From an uncultured Methanoregulaceae archaeon (GTDB taxonomy: Archaea; Halobacteriota; Methanomicrobia; Methanomicrobiales; Methanospirillaceae), in the NCBI GenBank assembly GCA_963717525.1, contig OY970343.1, positions 2,016,001 to 2,080,000 on the forward strand: 64,000 nt of DNA. The letters run 5' to 3'. Numbering within the stretch: position 1 is the first letter of the stretch; each line of letters opens with the position of its first letter. Shown one piece after another: positions 42,368 to 52,839 of the stretch. The notes under the pieces were generated by a model that saw nothing but the letters and a program-made list of their open reading frames with translations, was not told the origin of the DNA and searched no databases. The position numbers and the translations under genes are program-made.

Positions 42368-43704
42368 TTCAATTCCCCTCTGAACGCCTTCCCCAGCACC
42401 GCCTGCGTCAACCGCTCGCACCGCCGGCCCGCCACCTCAACTTCGCGATCAATCGCATCCGCGCGCTCAAACAGCAAACCGACACGCCGGACAATCTCGC
42501 GCTGCTCGGCAAGGGTCGGGAGGGGGATTTTAATTTTTTTCACGTCTTTACAATTCAGATGTTTTAAGGTAATTCCTGTCTGAATTTGCCGGGTCGCATT
42601 TTGACCGGTTATTGAGGAAAAATATATTGAAAGATAATGCCCATCTAAACTTTCTCCCTTCGGAGTAATTACGATTAATGCGTGACAATTATGCCCTACG
42701 TGGTCATCATCAACAACAGCGGTTTGTCCAATGTCTCCAGATTGAACAACTAATACATCACCTTTTTTCAGAATTGATTTTCGATTTTTTTGATTAAATT
42801 CTTCAGAAATGAACGTTCTTTGATCAAAAATTATTTTATGTTTTTTTATGTGACGAGCCAGAAGATATGGTATTCCGCTTTCGATGTAAATATCTCGGGT
42901 TGGACCAACATAACCATTAGTCAATCTTGAAACATGATTTTCAATTGCCTCAAGTCTCCAACTCTGTGGCAATGAAACCTCTGTATCTTCGTCATTGATT
43001 GATTTCTTTTCACATGAATCGAGCTGCACCAACCGTCCCTCAATCGCAGATTGCAAAACAGCTTCTCGGAACCGTTTCATGATCAACGGCACCCGGTTCA
43101 GCCGCTCGCGGGTGGCATTGACGTGCGACAGGAGGGCTTCGACACGAGCGACGATGCGCTGCTGTTCGGCGAGCGGGGGGAGTAATATCTGTGTATCCAA
43201 TAACACTTGCCGTCCGACACTGGATTGAGATACGTGGTTATTGCAGACCGATTTGAAATAACCCTCCCGCCATTTTTGATGCAATACCATCGCACAAAAA
43301 ACCGGATCGATCAATTCCTTATTGCATCGCAATCTGGTCATATGGTTGGAAAATGCTCGCGGTTCTGGAAGATTGTAGTACGCCGTTTTTCCAACAAGAG
43401 CGGGGCTATTAGTGTTGTTAAAAATCACATCGCCTTCATTTACAAATCGTTCCGGCTTTGAACATTCGGATTCAGGAACAAATTTTAAATCTGTCAGATC
43501 TATTTGCCCTTTTTCGGTAACATTCATTGGCCGAATATGAGGAATTCCTTGACCGTCACGTGTATTTTTACCACATGCAAACCCCGGTTGGATATCAAGA
43601 ATAAGATCCTCACAAAGTTTTTTGAGTTCCCATCCGTCCGGAACTTCAGACTCATCAAAAAATTGCGGGGAATCTGATGATTCGATCTTTGCCGGCTTCA
43701 TCAT
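42364..43704 (-). CDS. hsdS: Type I R-M specificity subunit
   Basis: Two TRDs, each followed by conserved P(P/T)LAEQ.(R/E)IV; VPDGW / LPQSW; ends AFRGEL. Confidence 0.93.
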   Translation of the reverse strand: MMKPAKIESSDSPQFFDESEVPDGWELKKLCEDLILDIQPGFACGKNTRDGQGIPHIRPMNVTEKGQIDLTDLKFVPESECSKPERFVNEGDVIFNNTNSPALVGKTAYYNLPEPRAFSNHMTRLRCNKELIDPVFCAMVLHQKWREGYFKSVCNNHVSQSSVGRQVLLDTQILLPPLAEQQRIVARVEALLSHVNATRERLNRVPLIMKRFREAVLQSAIEGRLVQLDSCEKKSINDEDTEVSLPQSWRLEAIENHVSRLTNGYVGPTRDIYIESGIPYLLARHIKKHKIIFDQRTFISEEFNQKNRKSILKKGDVLVVQSGDIGQTAVVDDDHVGHNCHALIVITPKGESLDGHYLSIYFSSITGQNATRQIQTGITLKHLNCKDVKKIKIPLPTLAEQREIVRRVGLLFERADAIDREVEVAGRRCERLTQAVLGKAFRGELK

Positions 43705-45134
43705 ACCCCATGTGTAGTGTCTGATCCGTTCCCGTTCTCCAGCAGCACCACAACCTTCTGGAGCTCGTCCACCGCCCCCCGCAGTTCCTCTATCGCATCG
43801 GTGGCAAGTTCCTCCGGCTCCGGGAGATCGTCCGCATCATCGAGCGAATCGTCCTTGAGCCACTTGAGCGAATCGATCTTGTAGTTCCGCTCCTTGACCT
43901 CGCTGATGTGGAACGAGTGCCAGCGATCTTCTTTCGAGTCCGCCACATTGCGTTTCGAGCCGCCGTTCGGATCGGCGCCGTATACTTTTTCGAACTCTGC
44001 GAAATATTCCGGTGTTAATGGCCGGTCCTTTTTTGTGATCCCCGGCACGTTCGTCCGGTCGTCGTACACCCAGATCGTTTCTGTCGAGAATCCCTTCGTG
44101 AAGAAGAGGACGTTTGTTTTCGTGCCCGGGGAATAGGGCGTGAAGGTGCCGTTGGGGAGTCTCAGGATCGTGTGCAGGTTGCAGTCCTCGGTCAGCACCT
44201 TGAATACTTCGCCAGCCTGGTCTGCAAAGAGCACGTTGTCCGGCACCACGACCGCCGCCCGTCCGCCGGGTTTGAGGATCGTCATCACATGTTGCACGAA
44301 ATTGAGCTGCTTGTTGGACGTGGAAACCACGAAGTCATCCCGGTCCGGTGCCTGGTTTGCACCTTTTGTCCCAAACGGCGGGTTTGTCAGCACCACATCA
44401 AAGCGCCGGCTGTCCGGGTTCTCGTAGATCGAGTCCCCGAATTTGATCTCCGGCTCAAGGTTGCGCAGGAACAGGTTCATCAGCGCTAAGCGGCGCGGGC
44501 GGGCGACAAGGTCCTGCCCAAAGTAGGTACCTTTCCTCACCCGTTTTGCGAGGTCGCGTTCCAGCGCCCCGCCGGTCTTATCGATCAGCCATTCGTACGA
44601 ACAGATCAAGAACCCGCCGGTCCCACACGCCGGATCGCAGATCGTAAAATCCGCTTTCTTCCGGGGATCGGGTTTCACGCACCGGACAATCGACTGGATC
44701 AGGGTACGCGGCGTGAAGTACTGCCCGGCACCCTTCTTTCCCTCGCTTGCCGCTTTTTCCAGAAGCCCCTCGAACGCCTCGGCCTTCACATCAACGTTGA
44801 GTTCGGTCCATGCCGTCTCATCGATCAGGCCGATCAGTTTCTTTAAATTCACCGGGTTCGTGAACCGCGAGAGCGCCCCGGCAAAAATATCGCCAAGAAG
44901 GCCGGGCTGCTGCCCGAGTGTCCGGAGCACGTCCACGTAATGATCGGAGAGGTTGGTGCCGGACTTCTCCATGAGGGTTTTCCAGTCGCAGCCTTCGGGA
45001 AGTTTCACGCTCCGCTCATCGGCCATCTTGATGAACAGGAGATACGTGATCTGCTCGATGTAATCCCCGTAATCGATCCCGTCATGCCGGAGCGTGTGGC
45101 AGAATCCCCAGAGCTTCTGGACAACGTCGCTCAT
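43701..45134 (-). CDS. hsdM: Type I R-M m6A methyltransferase subunit
   Basis: GQYFTPR, DPACGTGGF, NPPF. Confidence 0.95.
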   Translation of the reverse strand: MSDVVQKLWGFCHTLRHDGIDYGDYIEQITYLLFIKMADERSVKLPEGCDWKTLMEKSGTNLSDHYVDVLRTLGQQPGLLGDIFAGALSRFTNPVNLKKLIGLIDETAWTELNVDVKAEAFEGLLEKAASEGKKGAGQYFTPRTLIQSIVRCVKPDPRKKADFTICDPACGTGGFLICSYEWLIDKTGGALERDLAKRVRKGTYFGQDLVARPRRLALMNLFLRNLEPEIKFGDSIYENPDSRRFDVVLTNPPFGTKGANQAPDRDDFVVSTSNKQLNFVQHVMTILKPGGRAAVVVPDNVLFADQAGEVFKVLTEDCNLHTILRLPNGTFTPYSPGTKTNVLFFTKGFSTETIWVYDDRTNVPGITKKDRPLTPEYFAEFEKVYGADPNGGSKRNVADSKEDRWHSFHISEVKERNYKIDSLKWLKDDSLDDADDLPEPEELATDAIEELRGAVDELQKVVVLLENGNGSDTTHGV

Positions 45135-45245
45135 ATGTTGTACACTGGTGCAACCGGCTCCCGCATTAACATGATCTTTTCTTCTTTTTGTCGCATCCAT
45201 GCATACACCAGTAGCCTGATATCCTACACCGCACTACACTTGAGC

Positions 45246-45476
45246 ATGGAGAGCATTCCCATCCGGATCCGGAAAGAGACCAAGGAGTCGCTCACGAAAT
45301 TCCGGACGCACCCCCGGGAAACCTATGACGAAGTGATCACCCGGCTCATGGAATCCCAGGTTGACGATCTGATGGTCAGCGAAGACACCCTGCATGCAAT
45401 CGAAGAGGGACTGTCGGATATCCGGAACAAAAAGACCCGCGAGCTCAACGAGTTCTGCGACTCCCATGGGATCTGA
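45246..45476 (+). CDS. Putative antitoxin (RHH-like), RelB position
   Basis: IRIRKETKESL...ETYDEVITRL, acidic C-terminus; overlaps the downstream toxin. Confidence 0.75.
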   Translation: MESIPIRIRKETKESLTKFRTHPRETYDEVITRLMESQVDDLMVSEDTLHAIEEGLSDIRNKKTRELNEFCDSHGI

Positions 45477-45747
45477 AGTGTACTCCGTTCACCTTTCCCG
45501 CGGAGCGCAGAAAGAACTGCTGGCGCTCCAAAAAAAAGATGCCCGCCGGATCCGGGCTGCTTTAAACGATCTTGCCGCTCTAGAAAATCCGCAAAGTTGC
45601 GTCAAGAAACTCAAAGGCCACGAACACGTGCCACTTTATTCCTATCGCATTGGCACGTACCGGGCGATCCTCACCATCGACAATGGCATCCTCGTGATCT
45701 TTGTCATCACCATCGATCACCGGGGAACCGTGTACCGGAACATCTAG
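45466..45747 (+). CDS. relE: RelE/ParE family toxin
   Basis: YSVHLSRGAQKEL, KKLKG, YRIGTYRAI, IDHRGTVY. Confidence 0.88.
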   Translation: MGSEVYSVHLSRGAQKELLALQKKDARRIRAALNDLAALENPQSCVKKLKGHEHVPLYSYRIGTYRAILTIDNGILVIFVITIDHRGTVYRNI

Positions 45748-45750
45748 GCC

Positions 45751-48432
45751 TTACGCTGCGATAGCCTCGTTCCACTGCCGGATCAGGTCGGGCAGCTGCC
45801 CGTCAAAGACCCGGTTCGCTTTGCTCCACCCGCCGACATTCGTGAAGATTGGGATACTATCAAAGTCGTCCATCCTGATTGAGAGGTTCGCAATTAAATG
45901 TTCACGGATTTTGTCAAGCCACTGCTGCTGTTCGGGGGTCAATGTGGTTGAGACGGTCATCTTGTCGAAGACCCGGTGGATCCGCTGCTCTGCGGTACAG
46001 AGCGGCTCCTCCTCGCGGGCTGCATGCTTCACCATCGAGATGATATCCACGAGCGCCTTGTTGTACCGCACCTTGTGAGCCATCTGGAGGTTCTCAACCG
46101 TGAACCGGTACCGGGTTGCCGCCAGTTTCTGCTTTAACTCGGAGAGGGCATCCGTTCCCCAGTCTTTCGGCCGGTCCAGCAGGATCCGGATCGCCTCGAT
46201 ATGCTCCGGATTCTCTTTTACAAACTGTGAGAACGCGAGAAGATAATCCTCCGGCTTGTACTCGTGTCCCGCCGAATCCCGGATTAAATACCGGGAACTG
46301 ACTGTATCCACATTCTCATACGCAACCAGCAGCGAGCGCTCGGGCCGGGGATAGTGGAGTAGCAGGTCCTGGAACGCCGGGTTCCGGAGGAGCGTCATCG
46401 TCCCCGTGAAATCTTGCCCGAAGGCGTGCGGCAGATCGCTTGCATAGCGTTTCAGGTTGCCTTGCGGGACATATGCAGCGAACAGATCACGGGCATGCCC
46501 GCTCATCTCCTTGTCGATCCGCTGGAGTCTCCGGACCAGGATCCGGACATTATAGTCCCGGTCCCGGTTGTCCCAGATATCCTTGATTACCTGCACAATC
46601 GATCGTGTTTCCTTCTCGGGCGGCTCTGCGGTGATCCCGGTTGCCTGCCGGAAATATTCGAGCAGCGTCCCGCCAAAACAGTCGAAGACGACAAAGTGGG
46701 ATTTATCAGTGAACCGTTCGCCTTTGCGGGTCCCCCTCCCGAGCATCTGCTCGAAGAGGATACGGGATTTTACCGGTCGCAGGAACACAATAAACTCAAG
46801 ATCCGGAATATCAACACCGGTTGAAAGCATGTCTACGGTCACCACAACCGCCGGCATCGGCCGGTTCCTGAACTCGCGGATATGCTGGAGTGGCCGGTCA
46901 ACCTTGCCCGTGATCTTCTGGACAAACGAATCTCCCTTCCCGAACACGTCCCGCGCAATATCCACCAATTGATCCGCATGGGAGGTATGCGACAGGTCAT
47001 TCACGGCAAAGATCAGGATTTTCGGGAATCGCCCAAACCGCTGCTCGTGCTCTTCCGCATATTTCCGGATCTCGGAAAGGATCTTCCGGTTGGAATCCGG
47101 GGAGGTGATCGACCGCTCAACTTCAGTCGTATCGAACTGCCGCTCGTCCTCCATATTATCGAATGACTGAGCACCCGATGATGCATTGATCATCCCGACC
47201 TGCTCGCCGGCCTGAAGGAAGATCCCATTCATCCGCACATTTGAATCGAGGGCAACCGCATCGTAGTCCACGAGGAATCCTTCCCCCACGGCCCGGGCAT
47301 AATCGTACCGATACACGATCTCCCGGAAATACGCCATCGTGTGAGCCGCCGGGGTCGCCGTCAGACCGATCTTGATCGCATCGAAATGATCGAGTGTTTT
47401 GCGCCACACCGATTGCTCCGCAGCGGTATATCCCCGGTGACATTCGTCCGCGATGATGAGATCGAAGGCATGGATCGGGATATCCATCTGCTCCGCATCC
47501 TCATCGATCGGTTCATCGCCGGTGCCAAAAACCGCGTTGCGACCGAAGAGGTTGATCGTCATCCGCTGGATCGTGCAGATATAGACAAAAGCATGACCGG
47601 GTTTTGGCTCAAGGAGGTAATTCGAGGGAATCACTTTGGGATCGAACTTCTCATCATCCTCAAAATCCTCCCGGAAAAATCGCTGGCTGTAGACCTCGTA
47701 AGACTTGTCAAACTTCAGCCCCGGCCGCGCTTCAAAGGACGCAAACGCCTTGACTGCCTGCGCAGCAAGAGCCCGGCGATCTACAAGGAACAGGATCCGT
47801 TTTGCAACACCGGATTCCATCAGCCGGAACGTCTCGTTTACCATCGTGTAGGTCTTGCCGGTCCCGGTCGCCATCGCAACGAGCATCTGGCGCTTCCGGT
47901 CCCGGATCGCCTGCTCGATCGCCGCGTTCGCTTCGGCCTGGTAGGGGCGGAGCATCGGGTGAACATTTTCCCATTCAAGAAGGCGCTGACAGGAAATCTC
48001 AAATTTTTCTTTGAGTCGTTCTGCCAGTGCATCGGGTGTATGGAATTTTGCGATCGTGCGTGAACGGCTCAGTGGATTACGGATATCGTGAAACCAGATG
48101 ATTTCGCCATTTGTGGAATAGAGAAAAGGTGCACGAAATCCGGAAAAGTTAAACGGACTTTTCGAAATTCCCTGAGCGTATCGTTCGGCCTGAGTAAGGA
48201 CATTCTGAGGGCCGAGCGTGAGCTTCTTTGCTTCTATCACCGCGACAATTTTTCCCTCAAGACAAAGTGCATAATCTGCCGGTCCGTTATCTGTTGGAAA
48301 TTCTTCAAGAGCGTACTTGGAGTATTGCGAAAGATCCATCCCTGATTGATAAAGTGTAATGGACCAGCCCGCAGATCTCAGCTGCGGATCAATCCTTTTT
48401 TTCCGTGTCACCACTTCAGGTTCTTCGCTCAT
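45751..48432 (-). CDS. hsdR: Type I R-M restriction subunit (EcoEI/EcoAI-like)
   Basis: PADY...IEAK nuclease motif, MATGTGKT, DECHR, TATP, QMLGRGTR. Confidence 0.93.
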   Translation of the reverse strand: MSEEPEVVTRKKRIDPQLRSAGWSITLYQSGMDLSQYSKYALEEFPTDNGPADYALCLEGKIVAVIEAKKLTLGPQNVLTQAERYAQGISKSPFNFSGFRAPFLYSTNGEIIWFHDIRNPLSRSRTIAKFHTPDALAERLKEKFEISCQRLLEWENVHPMLRPYQAEANAAIEQAIRDRKRQMLVAMATGTGKTYTMVNETFRLMESGVAKRILFLVDRRALAAQAVKAFASFEARPGLKFDKSYEVYSQRFFREDFEDDEKFDPKVIPSNYLLEPKPGHAFVYICTIQRMTINLFGRNAVFGTGDEPIDEDAEQMDIPIHAFDLIIADECHRGYTAAEQSVWRKTLDHFDAIKIGLTATPAAHTMAYFREIVYRYDYARAVGEGFLVDYDAVALDSNVRMNGIFLQAGEQVGMINASSGAQSFDNMEDERQFDTTEVERSITSPDSNRKILSEIRKYAEEHEQRFGRFPKILIFAVNDLSHTSHADQLVDIARDVFGKGDSFVQKITGKVDRPLQHIREFRNRPMPAVVVTVDMLSTGVDIPDLEFIVFLRPVKSRILFEQMLGRGTRKGERFTDKSHFVVFDCFGGTLLEYFRQATGITAEPPEKETRSIVQVIKDIWDNRDRDYNVRILVRRLQRIDKEMSGHARDLFAAYVPQGNLKRYASDLPHAFGQDFTGTMTLLRNPAFQDLLLHYPRPERSLLVAYENVDTVSSRYLIRDSAGHEYKPEDYLLAFSQFVKENPEHIEAIRILLDRPKDWGTDALSELKQKLAATRYRFTVENLQMAHKVRYNKALVDIISMVKHAAREEEPLCTAEQRIHRVFDKMTVSTTLTPEQQQWLDKIREHLIANLSIRMDDFDSIPIFTNVGGWSKANRVFDGQLPDLIRQWNEAIAA

Positions 48433-49094
48433 GGAGATTCAAGACCGGTCAATAATATAGAATTTTTATAAATCCTCAAACGTTATGTGTTACGATTCAA
48501 ATTATGAAAATATTCGCTCACACATAATCTTCACGAAAATTTTCTGGAACGCCCCTCATTCAAATCCCTCTCTCTCATCCCCTCCCCCTCCCACCGCCTG
48601 TCTTAAAAACCCCGCCCATATACCGCCCCATTCGCCAAAATACGCCAAAATTGAGCCCCATATAATGCCCGTAATCGGCCCATAGCGGCCTTTCTGCAGC
48701 CTCTTTTTCCGGGATCATACAAAACACAAACGGCCCTGAGATCGGCCAAAGAAACGCGAATACGTGAACCGTTTATTTCGTCCGATTGCAAAAATAAGGC
48801 TGAACTGGGCTTATTTTGAAAAGAATCCCGATACGGGCTCCGTTTGGGTACCGGAAGAGTGAATCCGGGCTCAAATCGGGCCCGGATGAGCTCAGCTCAG
48901 GACCAGTCCTGCGGGGGGTTGGCGTGACAGGATATGATACATTTTGTACTCAACCGAATACATTCTCAAGTCGTACGGGAGGCGCCCGCCCGTTCGCGAG
49001 CCCCGAATGCGATCACGGGGCCGCGGTCCCGGCAAAAAAGATCACAGCTGTGCTGGCCGGTCCTGAACGCGAAAAAAAAAATTCTGCAGGATTC

Positions 49095-49427
49095 TTATTC
49101 GTTATACCGCCGCTCGTTGATCTTTGCGGCCATGATAAAATCGTTGAGGGTCAGCCCTCCGGCCGGGTACGTGTAATACCCCACGTCCACGAACCTCCCC
49201 TCCCGCATGGCCAGGTCCGGGATGTGCCCCTCGTCAGTGGACATGGTCAGCACATCGTTTAAGAATTCGATGGACTTGTCGCTGTCATCGAACGTGAACG
49301 TGCGTGTAAGGTGGCCGTTTTCAAGGGACCAGCCGGGCACCTCTTTTAAGATCTCTACCGTATCCTTTCGCGTGAGGGGCGGCGAGCCGGGCTTATAGGT
49401 TGAGCATTTTTTCTGCGCGAGTTCCAT
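49095..49427 (-). CDS. Pterin-4-alpha-carbinolamine dehydratase family protein
   Basis: GW...LTRTFTF, GHIPD, GGLTLNDFIMAAKIN. Confidence 0.85.
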   Translation of the reverse strand: MELAQKKCSTYKPGSPPLTRKDTVEILKEVPGWSLENGHLTRTFTFDDSDKSIEFLNDVLTMSTDEGHIPDLAMREGRFVDVGYYTYPAGGLTLNDFIMAAKINERRYNE

Positions 49428-49616
49428 GGATATGTGTCCACCCTGTAACCAAAAAAGGCTTTTCTAAAAAGAAGCAGGCAGGAACTGGATTGCATCCGGC
49501 AGCCGCCACGGGGAAAACCCTGGCCCCCGGGAACCCGTATCAACTCCTCAGCAATTTCCGGTAACCCTGCACCTGGCAGGCCGGCTGCCCGCAAAGACCA
49601 TAACACGCCCGGCACA

Positions 49617-51787
49617 ATGGAGTACTACGAACAGGCCATCGGTATACGCGAGCCTGCATGAGTCCCTCCGGGCGGTCCTTTCCGAGCGGCTGGGCTGGAG
49701 CGAACTCCGCGAGGTGCAGGAACAGGCGTATGAGGCGATCCGGGGCGGAAGCGACACGCTAATTATCGCACCGACAGCCGGAGGCAAGTCCGAGGCCGCC
49801 CTCATCCCGGTCCTCGACGATATCCTGAAGACCGGTGCAAAAGGTGTGGCCTGCCTCTACCTCTCTCCCTTAAAGGCGCTCATCAACGACCAGGAGGAAC
49901 GGATCGCCACGTTCTGCCGGCCTACCGGGCTCTCCCTTGCCAAATGGCATGGCGACGTTCCCAAGGGTGAACGTGGGTGGAACCCGGATGATGCCCCGCA
50001 GTTTTTGCTGATCACCCCGGAATCGCTCGAAGTCCTGCTGCACGAACACGGGCCTGTCGCAGCTCTGACGCACCTGCGGTACGTTATCGTTGACGAATTG
50101 CACGCGTTTGTGGAATCTGAGCGGGGCGTGCACCTCAGGATACTGCTCGACCGCCTCGACCGGATCGCTGCTGCCCCGGTGCAGCGTATCGGGCTTTCCG
50201 CAACGGTCGGCAACCCCGAGGAGGTGCTCGCGTGGCTCTCGGGTGGGCGGGGCAGCCGCCGGCTCGTCGCCGTGCCGGCGCCGGCCACGGAAAAAAAGTT
50301 CCGGTTTGTGATCGAGCCCGATCCGGGCCGGAGGATCGATGCGCTTGCCGGCCTTGTCTCCGGTAAAAAAGCGCTCGTCTTTGTCAACAGCCGCAGCACG
50401 GCAGAGTCGATCCTGCAGGAGGCGGCCGGTCGGATAAAAAACCTGCATATCCACCATTCATCGGTCGCTCCCGCCAAAAAGAGGGAGGCCGAGGAGGCCT
50501 CCCACGGCGCCGGGGGGGCATGTATTATCTGCACGAGCACGCTCGAACTCGGCATCGATATCGGGGACCTGGACATCGTGGTGCAGGTCGGCCCGCCCGA
50601 CTCGGTCTCCTCGTTTTTGCAGCGGATGGGCCGGAGCGGGCGGCGGGATCAGTCAGCGTTTGTCGCGTGGCTCCTTGCCGACCCGAAGGAACTTCTCACC
50701 AGCTGTGCGGTGATCGAATGCGCACGGGAAAAGAGGATTGAACCCCTCCGGCCTCCGGAAAAACCCTGGAACGTGCTTGTCCAGCAGATCTTCCTCCACG
50801 TCCTTTCTGCGTCCCGGGCCGGCCGGGGAACGATCGTGCGCGATCTTCTCTCGCTCTTTGTCTTTTCGCACTTTTCCGTTGAGGACGTGGACCGGCTCCT
50901 TTCTTCCCTTGTCTCTGCCGGCTACCTTTCTGCCGATGGGGAGATGCTGGTGCTGGGGCCTGAAGCCGAGCGGGTGTTCGGGCGGTCTAATTACCGGGAG
51001 CTGTACTCGGTGATCCCCGGGGGTGGCGAGTACCCGGGTGGTGACACCGGACGGAGAGGTGGTGGGCAGCCTTGACGCCCGGTTTGCACACCGTACGGAA
51101 CCGGGGAATTTCACCCTCGGAGGGGCGACATGGTCAGTGGTAAAGTGCGATGAAAGCCACAACCTCGTGGTGGTGGTGCCGGGCGGTCACAACAAAGGCA
51201 TTTCCCGGGTCTTCTGGTCGGCCGGCGGAGAGGCTGCGCTTTCTCCGGTGATTTGCGGTGCGGTCCAGCGGATTATCGCCCGGGGGGAACTGACCTTCCC
51301 CTTAGCGAGACCGATGCGGAGGCACTCCGCGAAGCGATCGGTGCGTTTCCTGCCAGCATCGGCGAACAGGGCCTCTTTGTCCGGAAGGAACGAGGGCATG
51401 CCGGCCCGGAGGTCGTGGTGTACTCCTTTGCCGGCAGCCGGATAAACCAGGTGCTCGCCCTCCTGCTCCGGGGGGCGCTCGGCCGGGGCAGGGTCAGGTA
51501 TGACGATTACCGTGTCCGTGTCTTTGGGGCCGGAAAAGGCCGGGGTTGCAGAACACGTAGCCGATGCCCTTCACAAGATCCCTGCCCTCCCGCCCGGGGA
51601 AGCATCTGCGTTTCTTCCCCTGCCCGCCCCGGACCCGTGGAAGTTTGCACGGACGCTCACAGAAGAACAGTTCCGGGCCATGGTCAGCACGGATTATTAC
51701 TGCACCGCCGATGTCCTCCAGGCCCTGGCGCGTACCCCGGTCGTCGTTCTGCACGGGGAGGAGCCGGGCCCCGGGGCAGGCGCGTGA
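49617..51787 (+). CDS. Lhr-like DEAD/DEAH helicase (four apparent frameshifts: ~49620, ~51033, ~51285, ~51537)
   Basis: APTAGGKSEA, TPESL, DELH, SAT, TLELGIDIG, QRMGRSGR; the C-terminal part continues in shifted frames. Confidence 0.8.
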
Positions 51788-51879
51788 ATGGCAGCGCCGG
51801 GGATACACAAGCGCTTTTTGCCGTTCCGGATCAGCTTTATCGGTACAGACCTGCGAATGATCTACAGGAGAACTCCGTC

Positions 51880-52326
51880 ATGAAGTACATGGTCATTCTC
51901 TGCACGGCCGCGGCCGCCCTCCTGATCGTCGCCGGGTGCAGCCAGATCTTTCCCCCGCTGCCGGCCCCGGCCACCCCGGCTCCGACCCCCGGCCCGGCAG
52001 CAACCACGCCGGTCGTGATCAATGTCAACCCATCTCCGACGGTCACGTACCCGCCTACGTCGCCCCTGCTCTCGTATACTCAGGTCGTCATCCAGAACAT
52101 GGCATTCAATCCCCCGGTGATCACGGTGAGCGCCGGTTCCATGGTCCGGTGGGTCAACAAGGATACGGTCACCCACTCGGTCCTCTTCCCCGCATCCACG
52201 CACATCAGTATGTTCGGGCTCTCCCCCGGCCAGGCATTTTCCCAGACGTTCTCAACCCCGGGCGTGTACAATTATTCCTGCAGCATCTACCCACAGATGC
52301 AGGGCACGGTCATCGTCACCCAGTGA
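51880..52326 (+). CDS. Cupredoxin/plastocyanin-like lipoprotein
   Basis: Lipobox VAGC, Pro/Thr linker, AFNP..ITV..G..V.W.N.D...HSV, PGVYNYSCSIYPQMQGTVIV. Confidence 0.82.
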   Translation: MKYMVILCTAAAALLIVAGCSQIFPPLPAPATPAPTPGPAATTPVVINVNPSPTVTYPPTSPLLSYTQVVIQNMAFNPPVITVSAGSMVRWVNKDTVTHSVLFPASTHISMFGLSPGQAFSQTFSTPGVYNYSCSIYPQMQGTVIVTQ

Positions 52327-52395
52327 TACCGGCCTCCGCGGCCGGGGTTTTTGGAGAGGAGCGGGAATAACAGAGCGGAAAAAATGCGGTCCCGG

Positions 52396-52599
52396 TCAGA
52401 AGCCGGCCAGCCGGACCATGGCACCGACAATGATGCCAAACATGGAGGAGGACGCCGATAGCATCCCGAGCAGGATGTACCCGGCCACGACCCCTATTTT
52501 AAGCGGTGTATAGGTACGGTTGATGTTGAGGCGCCGTACCGTACGAAAAGGCCTCACATCGGCAGAGATCTTCGGCTTGTTCTTCTTGATCCGGAACAT
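52396..52599 (-). CDS. Small basic membrane protein, hypothetical
   Basis: 67-aa ORF with basic N-terminus and hydrophobic C-terminus; GGAGG upstream of ATG. Confidence 0.5.
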   Translation of the reverse strand: MFRIKKNKPKISADVRPFRTVRRLNINRTYTPLKIGVVAGYILLGMLSASSSMFGIIVGAMVRLAGF

Positions 52600-52839
52600 G
52601 GTCGTTTTCCTCCGGTGTTTCAATGGGCCGTCCTCTACAGCCCCCGGCCGGGATATCCTGAGATATGCTATACTATGGACAGGACATATTTAATATTTTT
52701 TTATTGGGGTAAATAAAAAAAACGTGAAAATTTTTGATTTTATTCTTATTAAGGGCAGAATTTTCAGTTATTTGTAATGTTTAAGGCGATATACCTGAAT
52801 TAAGGGAGAGTACCCTGAAAAAAAGGGTGTGAATCCATA

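Noticed and set aside
41434..49094. Type I R-M block as a bounded mobile element
   Set aside because: No terminal repeats, TSD or recombinase could be identified by eye at either edge.
51253..52326. Apparent helicase-fragment/cupredoxin fusion ORF
   Set aside because: Produced by frameshifts in the Lhr-like gene; the cupredoxin has its own ATG, upstream AGGAG and signal peptide at 51880.
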